A DNA stretch of 63,130 nucleotides, filler included, from Octopus bimaculoides (GCF_001194135.2; 6 parts of 6 records of this genome joined end to end with filler, not necessarily neighbours in it); one strand, 5' to 3'. Shown: positions 40,928-52,836, counted from the whole stretch's first letter. A program made the numbers and translations. Notes: generated by a model from the sequence alone, not told the origin.

Positions 40928-41798
40928 GTGAGGTCATCAGGAAAGAACATTATAGATTGTGAGGCCTAGCATTTGTAGGGATTTCAAATTGCTTAATGTC
41001 AGAGATTGTAAAGGATGAAATATACAATGGTAACTACAGTTAAATGATGGTCTGGGGACATCTTATTCAGTGTGTACTTTTTTTTAAAGCCAGTTGAGAG
41101 TAATATGAAGCAAATTTGTTTTTTCTAGTCGGTTGGTTGCTTGACTACATGGAAGGCTCCTTGCATTTAGTGTGCAATGCTGGATCTTAGTGAGATGAAA
41201 TCTAGTAAGCAGCTTGCTAGTTTAGAAGAGCAGAAGCCATAGTAGTAGTTGTAGAAGATACAGAAACAAGAATCAATGTCTGTGTCAGGTCATATTAATG
41301 AAAAGTTTTTTTAGATGAACCAACTAATTCAATCATTTCCAAGGCACCACAAGTGGGTTTGGTTTCAGACTCACTGCCTGGCACTTTGAGCAAGTGTTTT
41401 CTATTATACCCGCTGGCTGACTAAAACCTTGTGGTTGGATTTGGTAGGCAGAAACTGAAAGAGGACAGTCTCATATACTTATGTATATATGTGTGTGTGT
41501 GCATATTTGTTTCCATTTGTGATTGCTTGTATGAAAGTTGTGACACCACTAGTGTTTGTTGTTGATACTCCTGTCAACAAATCGTCTGCTCACTGTACCT
41601 TTGAAGCCAATAGAATAGGAGATCCTTTACTTGAAAAACATGCAAGGATAGTGACAGGAAGGATATCCAACTGTAAAACAATGTGTCAATAACATATTTG
41701 TGTAAGCCATGCTAGCACAGAAAATTGTACATAAAATGAATGTATGTGTGTATATGTCAGTATATATATATATATATATATACACACATGCACCTAAC

Positions 41799-41910
41799 TG
41801 AGGGAGTGGAACAGATAAAATGTTAGCTACGTGTGTTTCTTAATTAGCTGTAATGAACTACAGCTAGTAAAGAAACATGTAGCTTACATTTTGCCTGTTC
41901 CATTCACTCA
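41799..41910. repeat. Long imperfect hairpin (~53-bp arms, 6-nt loop)
   Basis: TGAGGGAGTGGAACAGATAAAATGTTAGCTAC...TAGCTGTA-ATGAAC-TACAGCTA...GTAGCTTACATTTTGCCTGTTCCATTCACTCA pairs end to end. Confidence 0.85.
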
Positions 41911-42179
41911 ATTTGGAACTTTATTTGCATTTTTAGCAGCTTTAGTTGCTGAATGATCTGTATACAAACTATCAGCTTATCGAATTTCTTTGCATCTTCA
42001 ATATGGGAAAAATTGTGCAACTCTCAATGGCAATAAATTGTTATTGTATCTTAGCGTATACTGTCCACTTTTTGTTCTCTATACTCATTGCCTACTGCTT
42101 GAAGCTTACAAACTTCCCACACTTGGGTCCCTGGATTGTATTTATATCATTGTCATCCATGCATACAGGCTTGACCGTT

Positions 42180-42418
42180 ACAGGTGCTGGTGCCACATAA
42201 AACGCACTCACGCTGGTGCTGCATATGCACACTGTTGCTGGTGACACATAAAAGATGCCTACCACATTCTGTAAAGTGGTTGGTGTTAGGAAGAGTATCC
42301 AACCGTAGAAAGCATGCCACAAGACAATTGGAGTCGGGACAGCTCCCCAGCTGGCCAGCTCAAACCATCCAACCTATACCAGCATGGAAAACAGACACTA
42401 AATAATAATGATGATGAT
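42180..42418 (+). mobile_element. Family D SINE/LINE-tail element with (GAT)n tail (others ~45690-45900, 46100-46278, 47260-47483, 47565-47760 minus, 50590-50850)
   Basis: Repeated GCTGGTGCCACATAAAA units, CTGTAAAGTGGTTGG..TTAGGAAG.G.ATCCA and CCAGCATGGAAAA..GA..TTAAAT(GAT)n. Confidence 0.8.
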
Positions 42419-42523
42419 ATATGTTACATGTTTCTTAATTAGCTGTAATGTAACTTTCATTTTACCTGTTCCATTCCCTTAATTGGGACTATATATATAT
42501 TTATATATATATATACACACAGT

Positions 42524-42910
42524 GCAGGCATGACTGTGTGGTAAGAAGCTTGTTTCCCAACCACATGGTTCCAGGTTCAGTCCCACTGTGTGGCACATTG
42601 GGCAAGTGTCTTCTACTATAGCCTCGGGCTGACCAAAGCCTTGTGAGTGGATTTGGTAAACAGAAACTGAAAGAAGCCTGTCATATATATATATATCTGT
42701 GTGTCTTTATGTCTGGTTGTCTCCCACCACCACTGGATAACTGGTGTTTGTGTGTTTATGTCCCCATAACTTAGCAGTTCAGTACAAGGCAGTGATAGAA
42801 TAACTAGCAGATTTTAAAAATTAAGTGCTGGGGTCAATATATTTGACTAAAACTTCTTCAAGGCAGTGCCCCAGCATGGCCACAGGCTAATGGCTAAAAC
42901 AAAAGATAAA
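42524..42910 (+). mobile_element. SINE family C, CpG-decayed
   Basis: Full C structure, but nearly every CG of the intact copies reads TG or CA. Confidence 0.9.
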
Positions 42911-43449
42911 CAAAAAAATTATATATATAAACACACACACAAACACACATATGTGAGAGAGTGAGAAATGTAGCCCTTATATATGACGTAGACGGAGTTT
43001 CAACCAGAGGTGGTGATCCATTAGGATCCACCACCTTTAGATCAAAAATGCAAACAAAAGTAAGTTAAATATTTAATGATGATTATATTTGCATAGAACT
43101 GTAGATAGATTAGTCTAAATCTGTGAACATTCCCATCACCAGGCTACACGGTGATGTACCTGCAAATATACATACACACATGTATACTTCACATTACTTT
43201 TATATATTTTCATTTGTTTTATTTAACAATTCATTTCAACTTGCTAACCTATTTCTTATAAAACTGATAAACACATCTTATCTCAGTAGTTATCAATGCT
43301 AGAGATGATTAAGAAGAAATATGAGAAACTTTATATGAAAGACAAGTGAACTTTATCTTGCTTAAATTCAAGCTCTCTTGATTAATTATATATTCTAAAG
43401 GTCATGCAAAGTTTATGAAGAACAATTTGAATATGAAAATTGCTAATAG

Positions 43450-44340
43450 TTAGTCAATGCATTCCATGGCAAGAAAGCTACCATCTGGTCTTTGATGGAC
43501 ACTAATTGGTGTGTGGTGTCCATTTCCAAACATGTACATGGTTGCTTACCAGCACTTTCTTGAACTGTTTGGAAAGAGCAGAGAACTGTGGAGTGGGGAA
43601 CTTTAGAGCCCACTTATATATAAGCTGTATATAGTTTTCCACAACTCTTCACAGAAGAGATAGTGTGAAAGGCTAATAACATCTAAAATATGAGCAATAT
43701 TGGGAAGATATTTATGAAATAAATTTTTGGAACTGGATGAGATGTTCTGGTGCAGCCATTCTGGCAGCGTTGATTTGACATCAGATGTTTTAATGTTTCT
43801 CTCTGTTTATATGCTGCTGATGAATGAAATGGACAAGAACACAGTATTTAATTTTTCACCAAGATGCTAATGCAGAGGTTGGTAGTTATCCTCCAGGAGG
43901 TGTGATCACAACAGGATGTTTTGTAAAAAAAAACCTCAGTTGTTCTTTGGATTGTAAGTTTCTTTCTCTTCCTCTTTTCCATTATGTATGCCAACTAATA
44001 CATCTCAGAACTTCCAACTAACAATAAAGTCTCTCAGCTTCCTTACCTTCTGTTAACAGATTGTTTTCTGTATCTGAGTCTATCCAGCTCTTATCTTAAG
44101 ATCACTGGACCCATTTCCTGGTAAGTATGTAGTCTAGTTTGGCTTGTGCCACTTCCTAACTCTCTTCATGTATACTAAAGTAGCAGTCATAGTATTGGGC
44201 AACATTTTTTCATTCATTGCCAGTTGTCATTTGCTATTGAGGTAACCTGTAAGAGGGCCTCATAGAAGCTGTTCTTTTATTCATCTGCCTACTCTGATTG
44301 TGGATCAACAGTCCTCGGTATGAATCTACATGCAGTGTAT
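43450..44340 (-). pseudogene. Degenerate RTE-type LINE ORF (APE endonuclease and RT remnants)
   Basis: Minus-strand peptides across frameshifts: ADE*KNSFYEALLQVT and AQAKLDYILTRKW (endonuclease); DNYQP and AFHTIS/EELWKTI (RT). Confidence 0.65.
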
Positions 44341-44699
44341 ATATTAAGTGACTTCTGTACTTGCTTTATATTATAACTTTGATGCTAGAGTAGATGAAAT
44401 TTATTACTCGCCGGATGTTTTCCATGATATAACTATCCGTTTCCTGAGTATCATCTCATGCATGTTTATGTCATCAATGTACCTAGAGTATATTATTTCA
44501 GCTATGGTGCTTATTCCAATACATCATGAAAAAGTTCATTATGCTTAAAGCAATGCTGCTTGTGATGATTGTGATTAAATTTAACTATGTGGTCCTTTAG
44601 TATCATTTTCATGTTGGCACTAACAGCTTATTTGGTTGTGGGCCCTAATAGCTTAGATGGATTTAGTCCATCCCTTCTAGTGCTCAGTGTTGACATAAA

Positions 44700-44900
44700 T
44701 ATTGGTTTCAAATTTTGACACAAGGCTAGCAGTTTTGTGACAGAGCATAAGTTGATTTCATTGACCCCAGTGTTCAACTGTTATTTTATTGACACTGAGA
44801 AGATGAAAGGCAAAGTTGACCTCAGCAGAATTTGAACTCAGAATGTAAAGACAGACAAAATATTGTTAATCATTTTACCCAGCGTGCTAATGGTTCTGCC
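44700..44900 (-). mobile_element. SINE family B, CpG-decayed
   Basis: AAAGTTGACCTCAGCAGAATTTGAACTCAGAATGTAA versus the intact AAAGTCGACCTCGGCGGAATTTGAACTCAGAACGTAA. Confidence 0.9.
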
Positions 44901-45273
44901 AACTTGCTGTCTTATGTTGACATAAATATTGTGATTAAAAGACACTTCCCACTTATCTATTGTCCCAGGCAACCTGTGTAATGAGGAATGGCATTTGATC
45001 CATCTGTATAATGAATTCCTTCACCAGATTTTTTCACTCTACCTTTCTTCCATGCTTACTCCATTATCACTATCACTCTATTTCTATTATGATAAGTGTA
45101 ACAAGGATTTACATCAAATCTATCTATATCAAGTATCTGCTATTATCACCTTTATCTTAAACTATCTCTCACCCCTATGTGACCCTTCATTGACATATAA
45201 CCCTCTCACCATCACACATATCAATTGCTGTCTATCACTCACTCTCTTACTACCCATCTTTATTCCTATTCAT

Positions 45274-45477
45274 TTAACCCGTTCAATACCAATCTAGCTA
45301 ATATAGCCCCTGTTTTAAAGTGATTTAAATTAAAAGCCTTCCATCAAAATTACATGTAAATTTATGTTCCAAATACCAACTTAATAATGATGAAACTATT
45401 GTACTAAATTCTTTAATTTCAAAATTAATTGAAACAATGACTGTATTTCAGTAGAAATACGGTAACAAAAGAGTGAA
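45274..45477. mobile_element. Possible piggyBac-type MITE
   Basis: Begins TTAACCCGTTCAATACC and ends GGTAACAAAAGAGTGAA (degenerate inverted match; TTAA-CCC start). Confidence 0.4.
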
Positions 45478-47037
45478 GCTATTTCTGTTCAATCCCCTTT
45501 TTAATATGTAGCTGCCACAGTCTCCTGCCTATCATTCCTTCCCCTATCATTCTCTCTTTTCAGTCTTTTCCGCTTCATATTTTCACACTCATATTTTCTC
45601 TCTGACTCTTTTGATCATCATTCTCTTACTCACCCTTTCTTTGAAAGAACAGAGACAATATAGTAGCAAGGACTCTTTAGACTTGCAGGAGACAAGGCAA
45701 CCTCACTGGTGCTGATGCATGTTAAAATACACCCAGTGATTGCTGAATAAACAGGCACAACATATAATTGAGATAGTGTTTTAGTTTTGGTCATGACAGC
45801 AGCTATAGTGCTGGTGTTGTGGTAAAATACATCCATATCTTATGTAAACTGGTCGGTGTCAAATATCCAACCATAAAAACCATGCCAAAAATGGGATGTA
45901 TGGCTCTCTGACTTAAGAATATAGCAACTGAATAAGAGTTAACTTGAACTGTGATGACCTTTTTAACTCAGGGAAAGTAGATATAAATTTATGATGATAT
46001 TATGCACAAATAATTATAATCAGTACTTGTTAACAGAATAAAGTCAACCGCATTACATGCAAAGGAATTGAAACCAGTTAGTGAAGTGAATGTGGGTAAT
46101 GGTGTCATGTAAAAAGCACCCAGTACAGTCTGTAAAGTGGTTGACATTAGGAAGGGTGTCCAGCCATAAAAACAGACTATGGAACCTGGTGCGGCCCTGG
46201 CCTTGCCAGTTCCTGTCAAGCCATGCCAGTATGGAAATTGGATGTTAAATGATGGTGATGACGACGACGATGATGATAGTTAAAAGCTTATATACTACAC
46301 ATTATGCACACATTTTTCTCTTCCAAAAGAGGTCATAAAGCATCATAAAGGTTTGTCATTATTCCATTATGTTAGTTTCTATGTCAGAGCAGTTATTTCA
46401 TGAAATTATTAGAAAGGTGTGAAAGGCTATAGTAAGTCTAAGAAAGGAGACATTAGAAAAAGTAAAAAGAAGGAAATGAAGAAAAAGGAAAGAAAGCAAA
46501 GGCTTATAAAATATGTCGTGTCAAGTCAATTATTTAAATGTTGTCAGTGATTGTCATGTCAGTGGCTCTGAGTAGTCACTTTTTTATATTGTCAGCATTT
46601 CTTTTTTTTTTCCCCCCATTTTTTAGAAACTATCATATAGGAGCAGGCATGGTTGTGTGGTTGAGAAACTTGTTTTATAACCACTTGAATCTGGGTTCAG
46701 TTCCATTGTGATACCTTGGGTGAGTGTCTTCTATAGGTCCAGGCTGTTTAACCAGATGTAAAGTAAAAGAAGCCCATCATGTGTGTGTAAAGGAATAAGG
46801 ATTTGGAATCCAGGGAGGTACCTTAGCAGTCTGATATAATTCAGATCTGGCTAACCACATCAAATGATAGGGAATATACAGAATGGCTTAAAGTAAACAA
46901 TTAAATGCTAAACAATTAAATGCTACTTCACTGGATAGGTAAATCCTGAGTTTGCTTCATAGAATTTCATACAGCTTACGGTGTATATAATCAAGACGTC
47001 ATTAGAAAGAATGGTGAATTATACATCTTCAAAATTT

Positions 47038-47186
47038 ATTTATTACAGTATTATTCTTATTAAATTCCAATCCAACAAATATTTCTGTTGAATAAATGTC
47101 CTTTGATGTAGCATTTACACTAGGACACATATCCAGCAGAAATACGTGTCGGATTGGAATTTAATGAGAATAATTCTGTAATAAAT
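47038..47186. repeat. Foldback with ~65-bp arms and ~19-nt loop
   Basis: ATTTATTACAGTATTATTCTTATTAAATTCCAATCC...GTCCT is an inverted match to AGGAC...GGATTGGAATTTAATGAGAATAATTCTGTAATAAAT. Confidence 0.85.
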
Positions 47187-47924
47187 ATATTCTGAAGGTT
47201 TATAATTCTCCATTCTTCTTTATAATGTCTTGATTATATGTATATTTGTGTGAGTTAGTATCTTCTTGTCTTGACATTGTGTGATTGTTGTAAGCAAATG
47301 TCACTATCATACAAGCTGTGTTTGTCATATCCAATCTTCCATGGAAGCATGTCTGCCAGCTTTCACTTGTTTCCAAGTGAAAGCTGGCAACAGTAAGGAC
47401 ATTTGGCCATAGGAAGTCTACTTCAATAGATTCCATCTGACCCATGCAAGTATAGAAAAGCGAATTTTAAAATGATGATGATGTTAATTTTATGTAGTAA
47501 TCAATGTTCAGACAATAGTAAACATAATAATTGTGTATGCTTGGAACTGTCTGTGTTGTTGTCATCATCATTTAGCATCCCTTTTTCTATGCTAGCATGA
47601 GTTGAAGAGTTGAACATGAACCGGTGAACCAGAGGGTTATATCAGTTTCCATTGTCTGCTTTGGCATGATTTCTACAGCTGGGTGCCCTTCCTAATGGCA
47701 ATCACTTTACAGAGTGTACTAGATGCTTTTTTCATGGCATCAGCACTGATGAGGTCACCAAGTACTGACAAGACTCTTCAACTGAGTGAGATATAGTATC
47801 GAATGATATGAAAGTATGATGGATGGACAGGAGCAAGTACATGGCTTCCCCTTCTGGAAAGAGGGACAGAAAAGGTGAGTGGGTAGGTATTTGAGTTGTA
47901 TGTGGTAGTACATGTATATGCAGT

Positions 47925-48480
47925 TTGTAATAACAGTCAAAAAATTAGCAGTAGAACAAGAGTTATGAAAGCCATACTGGACATCAACAAGGACTCCTAA
48001 GCTTTCAAGAAACTCAACCAACCTATTGATGATGAGCCATTCAAAGACCTTGCTAACGACCAAGAGGAGACTAATGGTGATGTTTGTTTGGATCAAAAGG
48101 CTCATCATCATTCTTAATAATTGGGATAACACTAGATACCTTCCAGCAAGATAGAAAACAAAACCTAGCAAGATGAAAATTAAATAACTTAAAGAGCAAA
48201 GAAGGCATCTGCTTCAAGACAACCACAGGAATGTTGTCAGAATCAGATGTTTTAACATTGATCCAACCCAGAGATCACCTTAGCAACTAACTTCAGAGCT
48301 ATAACTACAGAATCACGAACTTGTTCTGTATGAGAAGGAAACTTGAGAAGAGATGCACCCATATCATTAAGGGTAGAGTTAGTAGTAAACAATAAAGCAA
48401 AGAGGTCAGCTTTTTCTGTGGAAGACCTAGAACCTCTGTCACCATCAAAAAGTGGGGACATAACAGACTTACCAGGATTG
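47925..48480 (-). pseudogene. CR1/Jockey-group LINE reverse transcriptase fragment
   Basis: NPGKSVMSPLFDG...EKADLFA...DNIPVVVLK...CWKVSS...ISLLLVVSKVFEWLIINRLVEFLE...DVQYGFHNSCSTANFLTVI; frameshifts and stops. Confidence 0.85.
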
Positions 48481-48507
48481 ATAACACTATTGTAGATGTA
48501 TACATCT

Positions 48508-48840
48508 TTTATCGTTTACTTGTTTCAGTCATTGGACTGTGGTCATTCTAGGGTACCACCTTGAAGGTTTAATAAGGTATGTTGACCCCAGTAATTGTTT
48601 TTTAAGTCTGGCACTTATTTTATTGGTCTCTCTTGCCAAACTGCTACATTATGGTGACGTAAGCAAACCAACTCCAATTATCAAGTGATGGTCAAACACA
48701 TGATGAGCTTTCAGTTTCTGTCTGCCATATCAACTCACAAGGCTTTGATCAGTCCAAGGCTTTAGTTGAAGATACTTGTCTCAGGTGCTATGCAGTCAGA
48801 CTGAACCCAGAACCACGTTGAAAAGCAAACTTCTTACAAT
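48508..48840 (-). mobile_element. SINE family C, CpG-decayed
   Basis: Reverse C halves with TG/CA at the CpG sites. Confidence 0.75.
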
Positions 48841-48913
48841 ACACACACACATATATATATACATCATTCAATGTCCATGATCCATGCTGTCATGAGTTTG
48901 ATATACGTATGTT

Positions 48914-48977
<64 letters not shown>

Positions 48978-49392
48978 AGAGTTAAGGAATGGAGTTGATA
49001 AGATCTGGGCTATATATGTTTCATAGCGAGTGAAATCTCGGAAGTGGTAAATATCCAAATGAGGTGTATACTGTAGACTACTCTTTAGGCCAATGATATC
49101 TTGATTAAATGAAGTTTACATTTCATAAGGAGGTACATGTTAACACACGGAAGATTCAATCAGAATGAGTAGAGAGCATGGTGTGGGTGGAGAATATAAT
49201 TGTAAGGGGAAGATAGGAATATAAGAAAGAAAATAGAAAAGAATAAAAAAAGAAGTTCCAAACAAAATCCAACACCACATCTTTGTCTCAGTTTATCCAT
49301 AAACTCAAGAATGAATCAATTTCTTACACTCTAGCCATCCATGCCAAAACATACACTGGCTATAATTAGTGCGATCTTTGCATAGCTGAAGT

Positions 49393-49459
<67 letters not shown>

Positions 49460-50133
49460 ACACTGCATGCACCCTCCAGAAACCACCTACAACACAACAG
49501 TCTGTGTCCGATAGCTCAGAAGACAGCATTGGTGAGCGCAGCAAACCAACTTGCTTAGAGCTGAAAAAGCTGTAGTCAAAGAAGTTAGAAGAGTTGAAAA
49601 TAACAAACAAAACCGTTGAGTATAACCAAAATACAAAAACTTTAATTAAGAGGCCAATAACATTTATGGAATAAATAAACAGTTCTTTAAAGAGTTTTTA
49701 GAGAATTCTTTCATTTACCCCTGAAATGTGAAGACTTCTTTTGATGAACTCTTCTTTTATTCACCAGTCTAATGATTTATACTTTATTTATTTCATCTCT
49801 TTTTTTTTTTGTGACTGGACTCTTGTTACTTCTGAATTCACGGTACCATTCCACCTTCTTTACATTGCCTAGTTCACTATTTTCCAGCCAGTTCAAAACC
49901 TTTCAGCTTTCACATTAACTGCCAAAACCAACTTCACACTTGACACCAGATACTGTGTCAACTGTTCCACATGAATTTTGCCTGGCACTATCTCACACAT
50001 CGATCACATGGCACCGGCTACTACATAAAACACTACTCACGTCAACTTTTATCACGTCATCCATCACACATCATCTTCCAGCACAAACTAACTCACCACG
50101 TGCACAATAGTAGTCTTTATACTTCGCCCACAC

Positions 50134-50488
50134 TGTAAAAGTATGCCAAAATCATACCACCTATGCTTTAAACAGTCATGTGACCACAAAGAATTTGTTT
50201 TGTTCCTCTTCACTTGCAAAACCAGGGAGCATTGTTCTAATTCACGTTGTATGAATGAGAAATTATCTGAATATAATTTTTTTCGTTTGTAGCGCTACCC
50301 TCTCCCTAAGCCTTTGTCAACTCAAAAAGTGTGTAAAAATGTGCCAAAATCATACCACCTATGTTTTAAACAGTCACGTGACCACAAAGAATTATTTTTT
50401 TTGTCTTCGCTTGCAAAACCAGTGAGTGGTATTCTAATTTGCATTATATGAATGAGAAATTACCTGAATATAATTTTTTTCGTTCGTA
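50134..50488. repeat. Direct duplication of ~157 bp, period ~198 bp
   Basis: TGTAAAA..TGCCAAAATCATACCACCTATG...GAATATAATTTTTTTCGTT occurs at 50134 and 50332. Confidence 0.9.
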
Positions 50489-50926
50489 ACAATATGTTTA
50501 TAAGTATGTGTGTGTGCAAGAAGACCCGTCCTTCGCAGGAGAAGTGTTAGGGCCACTCCCTTGGTGAAGAGGACTGTTCTGCAAGAATCTTGTGCCAATG
50601 CTATGCAAAATGCACTTGTGCCAGTGTCATAAAAAGCATTTGTGCCGATGCCATGTTAGAGTGTTCATGCAGTGCCACATAAAAAGCACCCAGCACACAC
50701 TATATAGTGGTTGATGCTAGGAAGGGCATCCAGCTGTAGAAACCAAGCCAAACTGGACTGGAACCTTCTGCAGCTCTGCAGCTTGCCAGCTCTGGCCAAA
50801 ACAGTCCAACCCACGGTAGCATGGAAAACAGATGTTAAAGGGTGATAATTATGTATGTATGCATATATATATACATATGTGTGTGTGAGAGTATTGTAGT
50901 TTGCTTGAAGCATTGTGTGTTGTTTG

Positions 50927-51229
50927 TAAAGAATTAAAAGTTTTGAATGGTACAAAAATGCACTATAATACAAACAATGGGCTATATACCTCTTGTAATT
51001 TAGTCATCCATAGTCTGATGATATTTCAGAATAAAATTCCTCCTTCAGATATTCTTAAATGGAGTTGTTGCTATAATCGGTTATATAGCGACTCCATCTA
51101 AGAATATCTGAAGAAGGAATTTTATTCCGAAATATTATCAGACTATGGATGACTCAATTACAACAGGTATATAGCCCATTGTTTGTATTATAGTGCATTG
51201 TTATACCATTCAAAACTTTTTATTCTTTA
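50927..51229. repeat. ~303-bp near-perfect palindrome (MITE-like foldback)
   Basis: Arms of ~148 bp pair along their whole length around an ~8-nt loop near 51078; TA at both ends. Confidence 0.92.
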
Positions 51230-52169
51230 TATATATATATATATTCAACATATTCATCATCGTTGTTTTAATGTCCATTTTTCCATGTTTCCACGAGTGA
51301 AATGGAATTTATTTAGGCTTTCTGTTTCAAACCTTCATCTGTTTCTAAGTAAGGTAATATTTCTTAAGGCCTAACATGTTCTTATGGAAAACTGGAAACA
51401 GAATGGTGGCACTTGTTTCATAACTATTGCATAATGCTAAGACTAGGGGACACAAGCACACATATGACACACACAAAATACACATACATGCACATGCCCA
51501 CACAGATATGATTGGCTTCTTTTTATTTCCATCTGCCAAATCCACTTGCAAGACTTCGGTTGGCCCAGGGCTGTAGTAGAAAATATTTGCTCAAGGTGCC
51601 ATGCAATAAGACTGAATCTGAAGCCACATAGTTTGGAAGTAAATTTTTTAACCACTCAACTATGCCTGTATCATATATACACTGAGTGAAAGAAAGAAAG
51701 ATATGTATCATCATGATACATATTGTTGTAACTAGGGGAACCCCTCTGTTGAGCCTACCCAGCACTGTTTATTCTTGGCCACCTGGCTCCAGTCTGGCCC
51801 TATAACCTGGTTATTCCATCACCTTCATGTTGGATGATTTATTAGATGCTTATAATTTCATTGGCACTGCCCTGAGACTAGTTTAATTGTCATTTGTTAC
51901 ACATATCCTCTTGTTTTATAATATTTTTAATTTAAAAGTTTAAGTTCACATCATCTAGTTCCAATGTGTTCTTCATATTCTGACAATAAATAAATGAAAA
52001 TGAAAAAGTAAACTACAAAACTCCATAGTTTTAAGTCTTGAACAAAATAGACATGATTTTTAAGATTTTGTTGATGATTATGATAATGATGAACGTGCAA
52101 ATGATCACATGAACAATCAAACAGAGAAATGCATGTATTAGCTGTTTGATCCTGTTGATTATTCTTAAT

Positions 52170-52374
52170 TTCACTCTTTTACTCTTTTCAGTCATTTGAC
52201 TGTGACCATGCTGGAGCACCGCCTTTAGTCGAGCAAATCGACCCCAAGACTTATTCTTTGGAAGCCTAGTACTTATTCTATTGGTCTCTTTTTGCCGAAC
52301 TGCTAAGTTATGGGGACCTAAACACACCAGCATTGGTTGTCAAACGATGATGGGGGACAAACACAGACACACAA

Positions 52375-52400
<26 letters not shown>
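52170..52400 (-). mobile_element. SINE family C 3' half, CpGs half-decayed
   Basis: Reverse C 3' half followed by (AC)n/(AT)n. Confidence 0.85.
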
Positions 52401-52406
<6 letters not shown>

Positions 52407-52836
52407 CAGTGGTGTGCACTCTCAGACATGCAAGCTATGCGCCGCATGTTCTGTTATATAATCGGAAAATTAGATAAAATAGTTACTTTCTTGCAAAAAA
52501 TAATCTGTCCAGTTTTCGAAATATTCTGTCTCCCCTTCCCCTCAGTCAGTGACTAGTAAAAGCTTTGAGAAGGTATGCATTGAGAATCCAGCATATAGAC
52601 ACTCCCTAACTCCCTATCTATGTTAGTTTGTCCTTCCTTCCTTCCCCTCTCTCTCTCTCTCTCTCTCAGTGACCTGTCAAAAGATATGCTAAGACCGATA
52701 GCATATATATTTTGTACCCCTTCCTCTCTCTGTCAGTGATTCCACAAATTTATCATAGGAAGTAATGCTTTCTGATAATAGCATGACCCCCACCTCTCTA
52801 TCTCTTTGTTAGCTGGTTCTACATTTTGTTTTGACC

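Noticed and set aside
43006-43038. 12-bp GC-rich stem-loop resembling a Helitron 3' hairpin
   Set aside because: No CTRR terminus at the expected distance and no linked Helitron sequence.
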